Shown: positions 1 to 12,910 of the stretch, in pieces
How positions within the stretch are numbered: the first letter of the stretch is position 1
How the letters are laid out: each line of letters begins with the position of its first letter
From: Octopus sinensis
Taxonomy: Eukaryota
Length of the DNA: 64,000 nucleotides
Reading direction: 5' to 3'
Assembly (NCBI RefSeq): GCF_006345805.1
Contig: NC_043003.1
Location: 111,042,001-111,106,000, forward strand
Notes under the pieces: model-generated
Seen by the model: only the letters and a program-made list of their open reading frames with translations
The model's database searches: none
What the model was told of the DNA's origin: nothing
Made by a program: the position numbers and the translations under genes

Positions 1-205
1 TTTTGGTATGGTATTAAAGCATATTAAGAGCAGACGGTAATTTCAGAGAATCCTCTTTTCCAAAGTGGATGAAATTCAATTTATCTTCACATAGAGGCAT
101 ATTGTTTTTTCCGCCCGTTGAACAACAGCAAACAGCAAACAGATCCGACTGAAGGCATGTTCGGTTTTCTATAGCGTTTATGGCTTTTTGGAGTTTGGAA
201 TCGTA
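1..205 (-). mobile_element. CR1-like LINE reverse transcriptase fragment
   Basis: The end of ORF 14..505 reads YDSKLQKAIN..EN...LQSDL.AV....NNM.L.EDKLNFIHFGK, a degenerate post-YADD RT region similar to 62310-62460. Confidence 0.65.
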
Positions 206-659
206 TGAATTGCTGTGATGGTTGTTGTTGTTTCTCTGGTGGCTGTTGTTGTTGCTGCCGTTGTTACCATGGTTGCTGTTGTTGTTGTCGTTGACGTGGT
301 GTTTGTTGTTGTTATTGATGTTGAGTAGTATTTGAAGAGAATATACGTTGGAGTTTTTCAAAATATCAATTAATGAATTGAAATGCCATTTCAGGCGAAG
401 AAAAAGGACATGGACCGCACCCGATTTCGTATTTTCTTCTACAGAAACCCACATTTTGTTTCGACTGCTAGTATTCCGAATCTGCGAAAAACATCGGCAT
501 TTCAAATCCTCAAGAATTAGGAATTAAAATTTAGAGATGTTTGAGTTGAGATGGCTTCTGTTCTTTCAACTGCTTACTAAACAGAGCAATAGAAAACGTC
601 CGGTTGCCATGACTGCCGCATACATACACACATACATACATACATACGTACATATATGC

Positions 660-731
<72 letters not shown>

Positions 732-739
732 GTATGTAT

Positions 740-1320
740 GAATAATAAATGGAGTTAAATGCAGTTGTTATTCAAATTCATTTACTCCCGACACATGTTT
801 CGAAGATATCATTGGTATTATGCCAAAGGAATAACATGGTATAAAACAATGTAATCTCCTCTTCAGGGAAATGGAGAAATGAAACTCGTCAATAAGACAT
901 TTTAACAGAATATTCTGTTAAAATATGATAAAGCAACGATATACTAAGCTGAAGTAGTCTTTAACACTTATAACTGCCGCACCTATATCATTCTGAAAAC
1001 TTCTGGAATGGCAAATTAAATAGTATGTTTCTGTACAGCCCAATTATCGGTAGGATGTTCACGACAGTTGACAGAATAGAACATTCAGGAGTCTATACAG
1101 GGTTCAGCTGAAGTTCGGTGTGTCAGTGTAATCTATTTGAGCAATTGAGCAATAATATTCTTATATTTGTACTTTTGCAAGAAAAAATGCTGTTCTATTG
1201 CAATCAAATACTTATCTTCTTCAATGACATGAATGAACTAATGGCCCTTGATCTTTTGCTTGGCCACGAAGTTCAAAGATCAGAGTGTTCCGAAAGATGT
1301 TAAATAAAATAATCTCAAAT
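740..1320 (-). mobile_element. Probable Penelope-like element 3' fragment ending near a (TA)n array
   Basis: Contains a hammerhead motif (786-870) and abuts the (TA)n/(CATA)n array at 620-740. The upstream part is too degenerate to assign protein domains. Confidence 0.45.
786..870 (-). ncRNA. Type I hammerhead ribozyme motif
   Basis: Minus strand: ttcc CTGAAGA GGAGAT..ATCTTC GAAA C-atgt-G TC ggga. Intact core, helices I and II, minimal helix III, GUC cleavage triplet. Confidence 0.8.
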
Positions 1321-1921
1321 TAGAGCCAGTTTCAACCCTATTGAATTTCACATTACTTACAATGCGTGTATGTATTGTGTGACTTAAAACTTATCTTTGC
1401 AATCCTATACTGGGAAAGTAGATTAAAAGTCTAGTACAAGGTTATGAATTTAGGTAAGATACAATGCAAAGAGATTTTAGTAAACTTTAAAGTGACCTTT
1501 AGATAACAATTCGAGTAAATGGTCAAATATCATTAGTTCCTAAATATATGTCTATGAATAAAAACTGTTCAGTCTTGTAATGAAATAGTTTGCTTCTGGC
1601 TACAATGCTTAAATTATTAACAAACTCTACACGTACATCACATACTATCGACCTTGATGCATTTAACTTTTACAAAATCCTGCATATAAATTATAGATTT
1701 TTCTGCTGTTTCTGCAGACCTGAACAGCCCATGGGGAAATTCTGTGTAGACTGTCAATATTGCATCATGTAAAATATATCATTGATGTTCTGTTATACTG
1801 TTTTCATACATACATACATACATGCATACGTACATTCATACATACATGCATACGTACATTCATACATACATACATGCATACGTACATTCATACATACATA
1901 CATACGTATATATATATATAT

Positions 1922-2057
1922 ATTCTCTGTTTATTTCATCGTGTTCCTTTCTGTTAAAGAGCGTAGGCTCGAAACGTAAAAAGCTTTCTCACATTCCAGA
2001 GATTGAGATTAATACATCTCCTTCGTCTTTTGTTTTTCTGTAGATTTCAACAAAATT
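1922..2057 (+). repeat. Short (TA)n-associated repeat with a degenerate hammerhead-like motif
   Basis: ttt CTGTTAA A GAGC gtag GCTC GAAA CG TA aaa. A related copy lies at 48385-48528 and both share the tail taatacatct..cttcgtcttttgttttt. Confidence 0.5.
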
Positions 2058-2084
2058 TATGTATAGACAGACAAACAGACAGAC

Positions 2085-2161
<77 letters not shown>

Positions 2162-3303
2162 CAGATAGATAGATAGATGATGGCGACGGTGTCGGTGGTG
2201 GTGGTAGTGGTGGAGGGGGTGGGGGGTATATATTTTTCTCGTAGTCTGAAATTGAGGAAGACCATTCTGTAATTTCTTATTCACGCTTGCGCAAAGGATT
2301 GTGTTTATTATGCTGACATCGTGTGCCATGTATTAGCCCAAACTCTCCATCAAATCGACGTTCCTTGAATATGCGTTTGTTACGTAGCATAAGTTTATAA
2401 CTTGGAACAATTTTGTTTTTAATGCATTAATTTTTAAGTTTAGGATTTTTTATTGAATGCTGAAGGCAAATATATTTTCATATAAATGTTTCCATTTTAG
2501 TGTGGGAAAGAAAACGGAATACCTGGAAGCGATGCTTTTCGTTGAGATAATTCCGATAAAATATGTTTTTGTGCAGTCAGGTGAGACCTATAGATGCATT
2601 TATGTCAATAATTCCTCATCAGAGTATCATTATATATTCACTTATGACCAATCATTTTCTTGAGACTTGCAAGAAAATTTAGCACCTCTATAGTTTGCAT
2701 AATGATGTATGTAAGAGAGATAAATATTTTCGGCTTAGATGAAACTTTATATTGTAACATATTAAAATACACATGCCAAATATTCTCAACTGATTAGAAT
2801 TTTTCTAAAGAAGAACAAATAAATGTTAATCTTTCATCTGTCCATAACACCGAGTTTAGAAACTTAATGAAGTCTCTGAAATTAAAGGGATTTTTATATG
2901 GACTAAAATTGGAAAGCACTTTTCGACCGTCAATCAGGAAATATTCATATAAAATGCTTCCGGTTTTGCGAACATTTTGATATCTTTTACAAAATCGTAT
3001 ACTTTTCAAGTTTAGAAACACGCCTTGATAATTAACGCGCGAAAACATCATAATCAATTCCATCTGAAAGAATAATTGGCTGAAACCAATCAAAGCAATA
3101 TATGTAGAAACACGTTTCTTATATATTTTCAGAAAAACTGTTGATTTACAATAACTAATTAACGAAAATACATTTCACAAAACAGTGTATGATATCCGAA
3201 TATTTTGTACTGTATTTATTATATACATGTTCAAATCTATACATGTCATATAGGTCATATGTATTGCAAATGCATTTCTAACTTTTAATATATGATTCAG
3301 TAA

Positions 3304-3745
3304 AGGCGGCTAGTTGGCTGGATAATTAGCATGCCGGGTAAAATGCTTAACGGTATTCCGCTTAGCGGCAAGCTGGCAGAAACTTTAGCACGCCGGGCGA
3401 AATGCTTAGCGGTATTTCGTCTGCGTTACGTTCTGAGTTCAAATTCCGCCGAGGTCGACTTTGCCTTTCATACTTTCGGGGTCGATAAATTAAGTACCAG
3501 TTACGCACTGGGGTCGATGTAATCGACTTAATACCTATGTCTGTCCTTGTTTGTCCCCTCTGTGTTTTGCCCCTTGTGGGTAATAAAGAAATAGGTATTC
3601 CGACCGATTAAACTTCTAAGTTCAAATGCCGCCGGGATCAACTCTGCTTTTAATACTCACGTGGTCGATAAAATAAGCACTGGTCGAAGAATTTGACTTA
3701 AAGCTTCCCCCGGAACTGTTGGCCTCGTGCCGAAATTTGAAACTA
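3304..3745 (+). mobile_element. tRNA-derived SINE interrupted by a younger copy of a related SINE
   Basis: Outer SINE at 3304-3360 and 3594-3745. Inner SINE at about 3361-3593 with A-box-like agctggcag, B-box-like gagttcaaattcc and core gcctttcat..tttcggggtcgataaattaagtacc. The direct repeat ggtattccg occurs at 3352-3360 and 3594-3602. Confidence 0.8.
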
Positions 3746-3807
3746 TTATATAATTCATTACTGTATAATTTACTTGACATACACCTGCAGACTTAAGATA
3801 AATATTA

Positions 3808-4020
3808 ATTTCAAATATCGACACGATGCAACCAATTTCTTGGGTGCAGGTAAGTAAATGACATCGACCCAAGATCGTCGGAGGAACTTATTTTATTGAC
3901 CTTGAAAAGAATAAAATCTAATGCTGACCTCGGCAGAATTTGAACTTAGAAGGTAAAGACGGATAAAATGTTGCTAAGCATATTGACCGGCGGGCTAAAG
4001 GTTCTGCCACCTTGACGCCC
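3808..4020 (-). mobile_element. tRNA-derived SINE (same family as 3361-3593), diverged
   Basis: The reverse complement matches head ggcg..ggtggcagaa..ttagc..gccgg..atgcttagc and B-box aagttcaaattctgccgaggtc. Confidence 0.75.
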
Positions 4021-4370
4021 TAGAAATAAAAAAAAAATTAAATTAATTTCCACCTAAAATATTGAAAATGTCGTGTCAGGACCAGTGGCACAGAATTTGC
4101 TAAAAACTGTATAATATATTGCACGCTTCAAGTAAAACTGTCTTTATATCAACTAAAGCATGTTTTCATATCGCTCAAATTATTTTAATACAAACAGGAA
4201 AACATATTTCAGAGAGTAGAAAAGTTTTAGAGTTCTCATTTTCACCTGAAACTAATAACTTACATAAAATTACACCTCACAAACACATATACAGAGGTGG
4301 ACGGACGGAGTAAGGCAATAGATGTATAAATAAATATAGCTAGATAGCCATAAGTATATATATATGTATG

Positions 4371-4413
<43 letters not shown>

Positions 4414-4614
4414 ACATGTATATATATATACACACATATACACACATATATATATACACATACACATATATGTATATATACACATATATATATACTTATA
4501 CATATTAATACATCACACATATAATCAATAATTGAATTTAGATACAGGTATGAAATGTAACTTAAGTGCATATAGTGCATTATGGTATTAATTTAACTAT
4601 CGAGAACATATATA

Positions 4615-4649
<35 letters not shown>

Positions 4650-5145
4650 GCGTGTGTGTGTGTGTGTGTGTGCATTTGTGTATGTGCGTTTGGTGCGATG
4701 CATATAAATGCATATGCATTAATATAAGTATTTATAAAGAGGAGAGTGAGAGAGAGAGAGAAGTACGCAACAACTGTGAATGTGGAATATGCTCCCATTG
4801 AGACGAATCATTTATATTGAAAATGTTCTCTGGAAAGTTATATAGCTGATATCATAACCCATTCTTCTGCTCACAAATGCTAATAGTACGTCATGAAATG
4901 AAAGCCGGACTAAATTTCACTCACTTAAATTCACTACGTGATTCTATGAACATCCTACTCTCATGCATACGATCTCAGTGTTCATATATCTATAAATATA
5001 TATCTTTATCTATATATATATATATATATATTACAGAGAGAGAGAGCGAGATACAGAGATACATGCATACATACAGGCACATACACATGCTCGCATATAT
5101 CCCCACAGAACACACTTGTACATATATATATATATATATGTAAAT

Positions 5146-5216
<71 letters not shown>

Positions 5217-5482
5217 CTTCTGACATAGCCTGTTGACAGACGCCTGTTTGCATAAGGGAATCTAATAATTTACCTGCGTCTTTTTTTTATTCTTTCATTA
5301 TCAATATCAAACGAATCTCAGATTCTCCTTTTTTTTTGTCTTTTAGTGTATTGCGATATTCGCGCTTTTTCCTTTTACAATTCAATGCATTCAGTGCTTA
5401 TGATTATGTCTGTCTGATTTAGTTCGGTATTTTTCTAAGCTTTTTCATCTTTACAGGAATTGCATTATTTGTAAATATTGTA

Positions 5483-5528
<46 letters not shown>

Positions 5529-5580
5529 ATATATATATGTGTGCATATATATATATATATTATATATATATATATATATA

Positions 5581-5973
5581 AGATCGACAAAATTTAGATT
5601 CAGATGAATATGGTACTTAAGTTAAAGGCATCAGAATTTTGTATGGTATTATCCATATAATTCAAATATGGTGATTATAATCAAAATAAGCAAAAAGTAT
5701 ATCCGAGGTAGAGTAGTACAATTGGTTCATGCTACTTCATTTTATTGAACACCGTAAATATTACATCAGTTCTAAAACACATCTACCCTCTTTAAAATGT
5801 TGGCAAATGAAATAGAGATAAAATGTGCATTGTCCGTTTTGCTGGAAAATTCTATAGGTGGCTGAACATTGCTCGACATTTTAAAACTGATGTAATATTA
5901 CAGTGTTTAATAACATGAAGTAGCATGAAACAATTGTACTACTCTACCTCGGATATACTTGTTACTGATTTTG

Positions 5974-5978
<5 letters not shown>
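5581..5978. repeat. Fold-back element between (TA)n arrays
   Basis: Imperfect inverted arms of about 100 bp (5677-5777 and 5878-5978, sharing agtatatccgaggtagagtagtacaattg), a spacer of about 100 bp and an unpaired tail at 5581-5676. Confidence 0.85.
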
Positions 5979-6016
<38 letters not shown>

Positions 6017-6240
6017 CAACTTACTCGAAACATCGATGTGTCAGAGTCCCGAGAGAGGGTGACACTTTTTACCATAAGAAAGATCCATTTCTTCACGGTA
6101 ACATAAGTGGATTTGCCTTTAGCAGTTGAAAAATATGACAAATATATTTCAAGTAACGTAAATTGTGATTATAAGTAAACACTGGTTAGCACACTTACTC
6201 ATATATATATATATATATTATATATAATATATATATATAT

Positions 6241-6537
6241 AAACTCTTCCGTTTTCTCTATAAGACCTTTGAGATATTGTTTCCGTGCAGGGATAGGTAT
6301 ATTTTTCTGAGAAAAATGCAGCGGGTAAAGTTCCATCTTTTTCAGCTGTTTGTTCTTCCTACTTGTGCAGAGTCGCTCAAACTTTTATAAGTAGCGGGTT
6401 ACACCGGAGTAAACACATAAATGTGAAACAAGGTGGAAAAAAGAGTACTCAAATACCAGTGGTAGAGTAATATTACTCTACCACTGGTATTTGAGTACTC
6501 TTTTTTCCACCTTGTTTCACATTTATGTGTTTACTCC

Positions 6538-6540
<3 letters not shown>
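6241..6540 (-). mobile_element. Penelope-like ORF N-terminal fragment capped by a perfect 138-bp palindrome
   Basis: 6403-6540 is a perfect spacerless palindrome centred at 6471/6472. The minus strand at about 6241-6330 encodes FSQKNIPIPARKQYLKGLIEKTEEF, resembling a PLE ORF N-terminal motif (S.KNIPIP...Y...LIEK.E) as recalled. (TA)n flanks both sides. Confidence 0.7.
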
Positions 6541-6576
<36 letters not shown>

Positions 6577-6928
6577 GCCCCCTGTCCAATGGATGGTGTC
6601 TAAGTTGTCAGGCATTTTAAACTAAATTTTCTCAAAACAACTTGTCCGACCGTCCCATAGGCCTGCTCTTTTAAAAAACTGATTTAACCTATATTTGAAA
6701 CATTGTGCATTTTTCTATCGTACGCGTAGAATCGATGACAACAGCTGATGTTCTTGCGAGTACAAATGCACGTTCCCACGCCTTTATCGGTCACATTCTC
6801 ACCTGGACTTTTGTACTTTTTTTCAACTTATACACGCCCTGATACTGTTGGTATCTACATATCAAATTTCATCGGAATCGGTTGGATGATGCTCGAGATC
6901 CTAGAAGACACTGAACGGGTTTTATATA

Positions 6929-6935
<7 letters not shown>
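6577..6935. mobile_element. Possible non-autonomous Helitron/Helentron-like repeat
   Basis: Motif caaatttcatcggaatcggtt and terminus gggttttatataatata resemble DINE/HINE-type elements. No coding sequence. Confidence 0.3.
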
Positions 6936-6978
<43 letters not shown>

Positions 6979-7732
6979 GTGCATGCATGTATGTATGTAT
7001 GTATGTATATATGTATACATATATATACACACACAATATGCATGAAGAGTGTATGTATGGAATATACATGTATGCGCAAAACGTTATTCGAAATTAATTT
7101 TCATCCTCGCTACTATATTGATAAAACCACATCCATGTTTAAGTGCTCTGTCTTGTATTTCTGTTGGTGTTGATTCTAAATGGCCTGAAATTTGACCATA
7201 TTTTGCTTTTCTGCTAACTTGTTGCACTCGTATGTTTTCCTTCGATTGGGCAACTAGACGTATATTTTCAAAATTCTTTCTTATCAGGCATCAATAACTA
7301 AATCGAGAGCATTGGTAATTGTTTGAAGAATCATTTTCATAGTGATTCTGTAATTTCGAGAAACTGGCTTCGCTATTAAATGGATGTAATGTCTCTTTTG
7401 TAGCAATAATTGTCGCATCTGTTCCTTATTCTCATCTCTTACCTTCTCTCACATTTGCTGTTTGTGTGCCTCTGTCTCTGTCTCTGTCTGTCTTTCTCTT
7501 TATGCCTCTCTCTCTCTCTCTCTCTGTCTCACGCTCTTTATAGTACTATTGCACTTTTCGTATAATTATATCCCCCAAATATGCTATAACCTTATTTTTC
7601 ACGCCAGGAACATGGAAATTTCATTGGTTTCTAAGGGAAACAATGTTTTGTAACATCTGCATGGATAGTCACTTGCAACAGCATAAGAGTAGATGCACAT
7701 AGATATAAATACGCCCACTAACACACGCGCAC

Positions 7733-7773
<41 letters not shown>

Positions 7774-7890
7774 GACTCTAACACACACATTCAGAAATAC
7801 TAACGCATACATACGTATATGCAAATATATTTATCCGTATTCTTCTGAAGTGGTTATCCATTCCATATACGTATAAAGTATTTACAAGCA

Positions 7891-7945
<55 letters not shown>

Positions 7946-8003
7946 TATTTATATCTTAAATATATTGTTTAAATATTTCTGATTATATTTTAGATACTTC
8001 AAT

Positions 8004-8066
8004 CACCCGAAGAATGACTCGAACTCGAATTTTTAGGAATTGGACAGCCATGAAACGATCGTAGTG
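8004..8066 (+). ncRNA. Hammerhead ribozyme motif with one core substitution
   Basis: cac CCGAAGA ATG..CAT GAAA C-gatc-G TA gtg. Palindromic helix III; U4 changed to C. It lies in a roughly 250-bp insert between (TA)n tracts (7950-8195). Confidence 0.65.
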
Positions 8067-8211
8067 TTATACTAAATATCTTTTTTTAATAATTTTGATA
8101 TATATTTAAAAGAATATCAATTAATTAATCTTATGTATCGGCTTAAGTTTTTCATTGTATGATTTGCCTAATAGTGGTTTTATCTCTAATTTAATATAAT
8201 ATATATATATA

Positions 8212-8425
8212 TATTATACATTATATATCATATATATGTACATGTATAGTATGTACACCGTATATACGTTGGTACACATTTACAGACACAAACACACACA
8301 CACACATATATATTATATATAATATATATATATATATATATTATACATTATATATCATATATATGTACATATATAGTATGTACACCGTATATAAGTTGGT
8401 ACACTCTTACAGACACACACACACA
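8212..8425 (+). repeat. Direct duplication of about 95 bp separated by (TA)n
   Basis: ttatacattatatatcatatatatgtacat..agtatgtacaccgtatata.gttggtacac..ttacagacac occurs at about 8213 and 8341. Confidence 0.85.
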
Positions 8426-9090
8426 CCTACCACTTTTCCTATTTCACAATCAACTTCAAAAATGAACCCTTAGCTGTATTACTGACCTTTATCTCGCTAT
8501 TTCCTACTTTCTGTTCGGATAAGAAAGCAGCGTTTAAAGATATGCTTGTTTTGAGCTATCGCTGATGGCATTTCATAAATTTTGCAAACATCTTATACTT
8601 GCCCTTAAGCAAAGTAGCTTAGGAATGTAGTTGTGCTATATTATTATGAAGCTTTCCTGCTCTGCATTAAGATATGATTGGTTACTTCATGTACACTAAC
8701 GCTGTTAATTCTGTCTGTTTTTAGCTCACATAATTAAACTTAATTGGATACTTTTCGCACAAGCTGACAACTCGAACTTTGTTCAACCTTTTATCCCGTG
8801 TTCTATAGCATCAAGAATGTCAAGAAGAATATTCTTATCCACAGATATAATCTCCTCACTGACAACAGGAAATTACATTCCTCCCAACATCGTGAAAGAA
8901 GTACTAGTAGTTTTACCATTATTATTATGATTAGCAGTGGTATTAGAAGAAGAAGAAAAAGAAGAAGAAAAGGAAGAAGAAGGATAGGAAGAAGAATTTC
9001 CATGCTAAAAGCATTAATACTAGTAATTAGTTCAGTAAATACGTCATAGTGAGCTGTGTATATGCATGCTTGTATATGAGTGAGCGTATG

Positions 9091-9132
<42 letters not shown>

Positions 9133-9180
9133 CGTGTGTGTGTGTATCTGCATATATACGGCTACCTATCTATCTATATG

Positions 9181-9211
<31 letters not shown>

Positions 9212-9440
9212 TATATATATGTTTGTGCGTGTGTGTGTGTATATACACGCATATAATATTCATGTATATGCATGAACGTTATATATCATGTGCATGACAG
9301 TTTTAATCGGCAGAATTGATTGAAGATCTGCGAGCTTTGTTCCAAGCATTTCACAAATATTGTAAATCCTCAGCGCAATAAAAGCCCGTGTGTCACTTTT
9401 GTTACTTTCAGTCGATTATAGATGCATATACATACATACA

Positions 9441-9496
<56 letters not shown>

Positions 9497-9499
9497 TTA

Positions 9500-10750
9500 T
9501 GTTGTAACATAAATGGAGGAATTCCCATTATCTAAACGTACTGAGTTGTAAGGCAATATATATATATATAATAAAAGATGGAAATGCACTCACTTAGATT
9601 TAATATATTTTATATATTGTGCTTGTCGACCTGTTTCACTTACGCCATTCATGACATTGACATTATTGTATTTTCGTATTTTCTTCAGAACATATTTGTC
9701 CATTCTGTGTGTGGAAAAGTTTATGAATTAATGATTCAACAAGTCGAAAAATCGAAAGGGAGGTAATTAGTGATCGTTAGTATTGTGGGTCAGAGGCGGT
9801 AATTGTTTGTCTTTCGAGGAGGAGGGGATAAATATACACAGAAGCCAAAAAGCTAAGGTAGTGAGAAGAAATAAGTTCAGTGATGGGTAAGCATCCGTGG
9901 ATTAAAATATATGCTGAGATCACTGTTGGTTATTTAGATATTTTCTGTATTTTTCGATAAAAAATTTCTTTTTTACACTAATCTTTGCTGTATTCCGTTG
10001 TGAATTGAATGTTAGGTTTTACATTATTGAGTATTAAATTGAATTCCGACATTTTATGTATGGTCTCCTTCCAAATGATAAAGCAGTCATCAAGGCATCT
10101 TTTCCAGTTCTCTCCATATTTTTGCAGTGACACTTCATATATGGTGAATTCAAAATATCCCATTGTTAGTTTCGCAAGTACAGGGACTGCCTACGTTCCC
10201 ATTGCGATTCCGCCCTTTCTTATGATAGTAGGTGTCATCAAATAGGAAATCATTTTTCTGAAGTTTAAATTTTAAAGATTCAATAATAAAAACTTGATTT
10301 ATGCGTTCCAGAAATTCATCATGGTGTTTTCTAACCAGAATTTTGTAGCCTGCCTTCCATAATCATGTGGAATGTTGGTGTAAAAATTACTACCATCGAA
10401 GAAAACCAAGACTGCCTCGTCATTAGTTGTTTGTTGGTGGTCTAGCATTTCTAGATCGTCTCTAATGAAACGTTTGATGTCTTTCAGCAGGGTCATCAGT
10501 AGGATGTTTAGAAAATTGCTTACGAGGTAGGTCTCAGTCCTTTTCCATGTAGAAGTATTAAGGACGCAAGATATTTTATTGCCTTCTGTTGTTTATAATC
10601 TACAACATTTTCGTAGAAGGCATCTTTTTCTAGCATGGATAATACAAAGTTTTGTAGTAGTCTGTGTCCATCATGACAACTCTTCGTCCTTTGTCTGATT
10701 CTGTAATTGTTGATTCTTTGTAGTTTTGTTGTACAATTACATTTTCCATG
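9500..10750 (-). mobile_element. Degenerate Penelope-like element (RT fragments and 3' region)
   Basis: ORFs 10299..10496 (FIRDDLEML..FD..NFYTNIPH) and 9978..10163 (NWKRCLDDCFIIW..NIQFTTEYS) match the RT at 39621-40160. A degenerate hammerhead lies at 9624-9656 (tgtc ATGAATG GC gtaa GT GAAA CAGG TC gaca). Confidence 0.8.
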
Positions 10751-10768
10751 CTAGCATGGGTTGGACCC

Positions 10769-10803
<35 letters not shown>

Positions 10804-10809
10804 GAGTGG

Positions 10810-11178
10810 ACACAAGATCACCTCCTTCAATGCTCCCTCCCCTCTCAAAGGATCTTTGTCTTGCAAGTTTCTTGGTGACCCTGCCAGTGCTGGTGCCACG
10901 TAAAAAGAATTCAGTTCACACTGTGAATTGGTTAATATTTGGAAGGGGATCCAGCTGTAAAAAAAAAAAAAGTCATTCCAAAACTGACCTCACCTGTGCA
11001 TGTGCCATGTAAAAAGCATTCAGCCCACTCTACAAAGTGGTTGGTGCTAGGGAGGGCATCTAGCTGCAAAAACCATGCCAAAACAGGCACAGAAGCATGG
11101 TGCTGGTTCCTGCCTGTCCAGCTCCTGCCAAACTGTCCAACCCATGCAAGGAAGACATTAAACGTTGGTAATGATGTA
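10810..11178 (+). mobile_element. RTE-type LINE 3' UTR fragment
   Basis: Shares motifs with 12640-12830 (gccacgtaaaaag, gtggttggtgctagg.agggcatc.agc, tgtccaacccatgc). Confidence 0.65.
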
Positions 11179-11370
11179 TAGCTATATACATCCATCTTTG
11201 TTTATCACTAGAGTTTGGTTCAAATTGAAAATATTGTGATGAATGAATCCTCTCCAGACACTTGGTCAATGGAATGAATGCTGAGACTCATTGATGTCAG
11301 TCGTTGACCACTGCTTCAAAGCTTCCACTGTTATATATTTTTTAAAATCATCTCTACCCTTTCCTTATTC

Positions 11371-11472
11371 TGGACACTAAAGAAAGCTGACCAGAAGAGA
11401 ATTAATGCTTTCGAGCTTTGGTGTTGGAGAAGACTTTTACGGATTCCATGGACAGCGAGGCTCACCAATGGA
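11371..11472 (+). mobile_element. BovB-like RTE LINE fragment
   Basis: Translates WTLKKADQKRINAFELWCWRRLLRIPWTARLTN, a characteristic RTE/BovB C-terminal motif. Confidence 0.8.
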
Positions 11473-11479
11473 GAAGCAG

Positions 11480-12832
11480 ATCAGGCCAAAAATGTCGTAA
11501 TCAGTAGGAAGGTAGACAAATCACAAACGCCTTCAGGTAGATGGCCCTGCTCGATCTGTAGAAAAGGTGTAGGTAGAAACTCTATAAGATGCACCAAGTG
11601 TAAGCTATGGACACATAAGAGATGCAGCAATGTCAAAGGAAGGCTAACTAGGAAGATGGTTTTTGTATGTGGCAGATGCTGAGGAACAATAAACACTGAA
11701 AATGCTCTGAGACCAACTTCCGTCACTTTCCAGGGAGAAAAACTAGAAATAGTTGATAGTTTCCGTTACCTAGGTGACTAAGTCAGCAGCGGGGCGGGTG
11801 TGCTGAAAGTGTAACTGCTAGAGTAAGAATAGCTTGGGCACAGTTCAGAGAGCTCTTACCTCTGCTGGTGACAAAATGCCTCTCGCACAGAGTGAAAGGC
11901 AGACTGTATGATGCGTGTGTACGAACAGCCATGCTACATGGCAGTGAAACATGGGCCGTGACTGCTGAGGATATGCGTAAGCTCGCAAGAAATGAAGCCA
12001 GTATGCTCCGATGGATGTGTAATGTCAGTGTTCATAATCGACAGAGTGTAAGTACCTTGAGAGAAAAGCTGGACCTTAGAAGCATCAGTTGTGGTGTGCA
12101 AGAGAGACGATTGCGCTGGTATGGTCATGTGGCAAGAATGGATGAAGATAGTTGTGTGAAAAAGTGCCACATCCTAGCGTTTGAGGGAACCTGTGGAAGA
12201 GGCAGACCCAGGAAAACCTGGAATGAGGTGGTGAAGCACAACCTTCGAACTTTAGGTCTCACTGAGGAAATGACTAGAGACCGAGTCCTCTGGAAGTGTG
12301 CTGTGCGCGAGAAGACCCGGCAGGACAAGTGAGTCCATAACCCGTGGCCTTCTACTTGGGATGGAGCCATTCTACGTATGCATACCTTCCCTTCTTGGGA
12401 CACAAAACTCTACTTGTGAAGACCCGTTAAGGCAAGTGAGGATCAGAATCGAAATCGATCAATGGAAATTGCGGATGTGCTACCAGTGCCGGTGGCATGT
12501 AAGAGAACCTTCCGTTTCGCGACCGTTGCCAGCACCGCCTCGTTTCGTGTTCGTTGCCAGCCTCGCCTGGCCCTTGTGCCGGTGGCACATAAAAAGCATC
12601 ATCCGTTCGTGGCCGTTTGCCAGCTCTGTCTGGCACCTGTGCGGGTGGCACGTAAAAAGCACCCACTACACTCACGGAGTGGTTGGCGTTAGGAAGGGCA
12701 TCCAGCCGTAGAAACACTGCCAGATTTGACCGGGCCTGATGAAGCCTTCTGGCTTCACAGACCCCAGTAGAACCGTCCAACCCATGCTAGCATGGAAAAC
12801 GGATGCTAAACGACGATGATGATGATGATGAT
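11480..12832 (+). mobile_element. 5'-truncated RTE-clade LINE with a PHD-like finger and (GAT)n tail
   Basis: WPCSICRKGVGRNSIRCTKCKLWTHKRC..FVCGRC, LEIVDSFRYLGD, and ORF 11868..12332 (KGRLYDACVRTAMLHGSETW..RRLRWYGHV..GRGRPRKTW). The 3' UTR ends in gatgatgatgat. Confidence 0.9.
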
Positions 12833-12879
12833 ACGTATATATATATATACATATATATAGATATATACATATATATATA

Positions 12880-12910
<31 letters not shown>

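Noticed and set aside
14-505. Asn-rich 163-aa protein
   Set aside because: Chance fusion of an (AAC)n-like tract with a degenerate LINE RT fragment.
1800-1910. CRISPR-like or coding repeat array
   Set aside because: Simple (CATA)n-derived minisatellite with no unique spacers, in a eukaryotic context.
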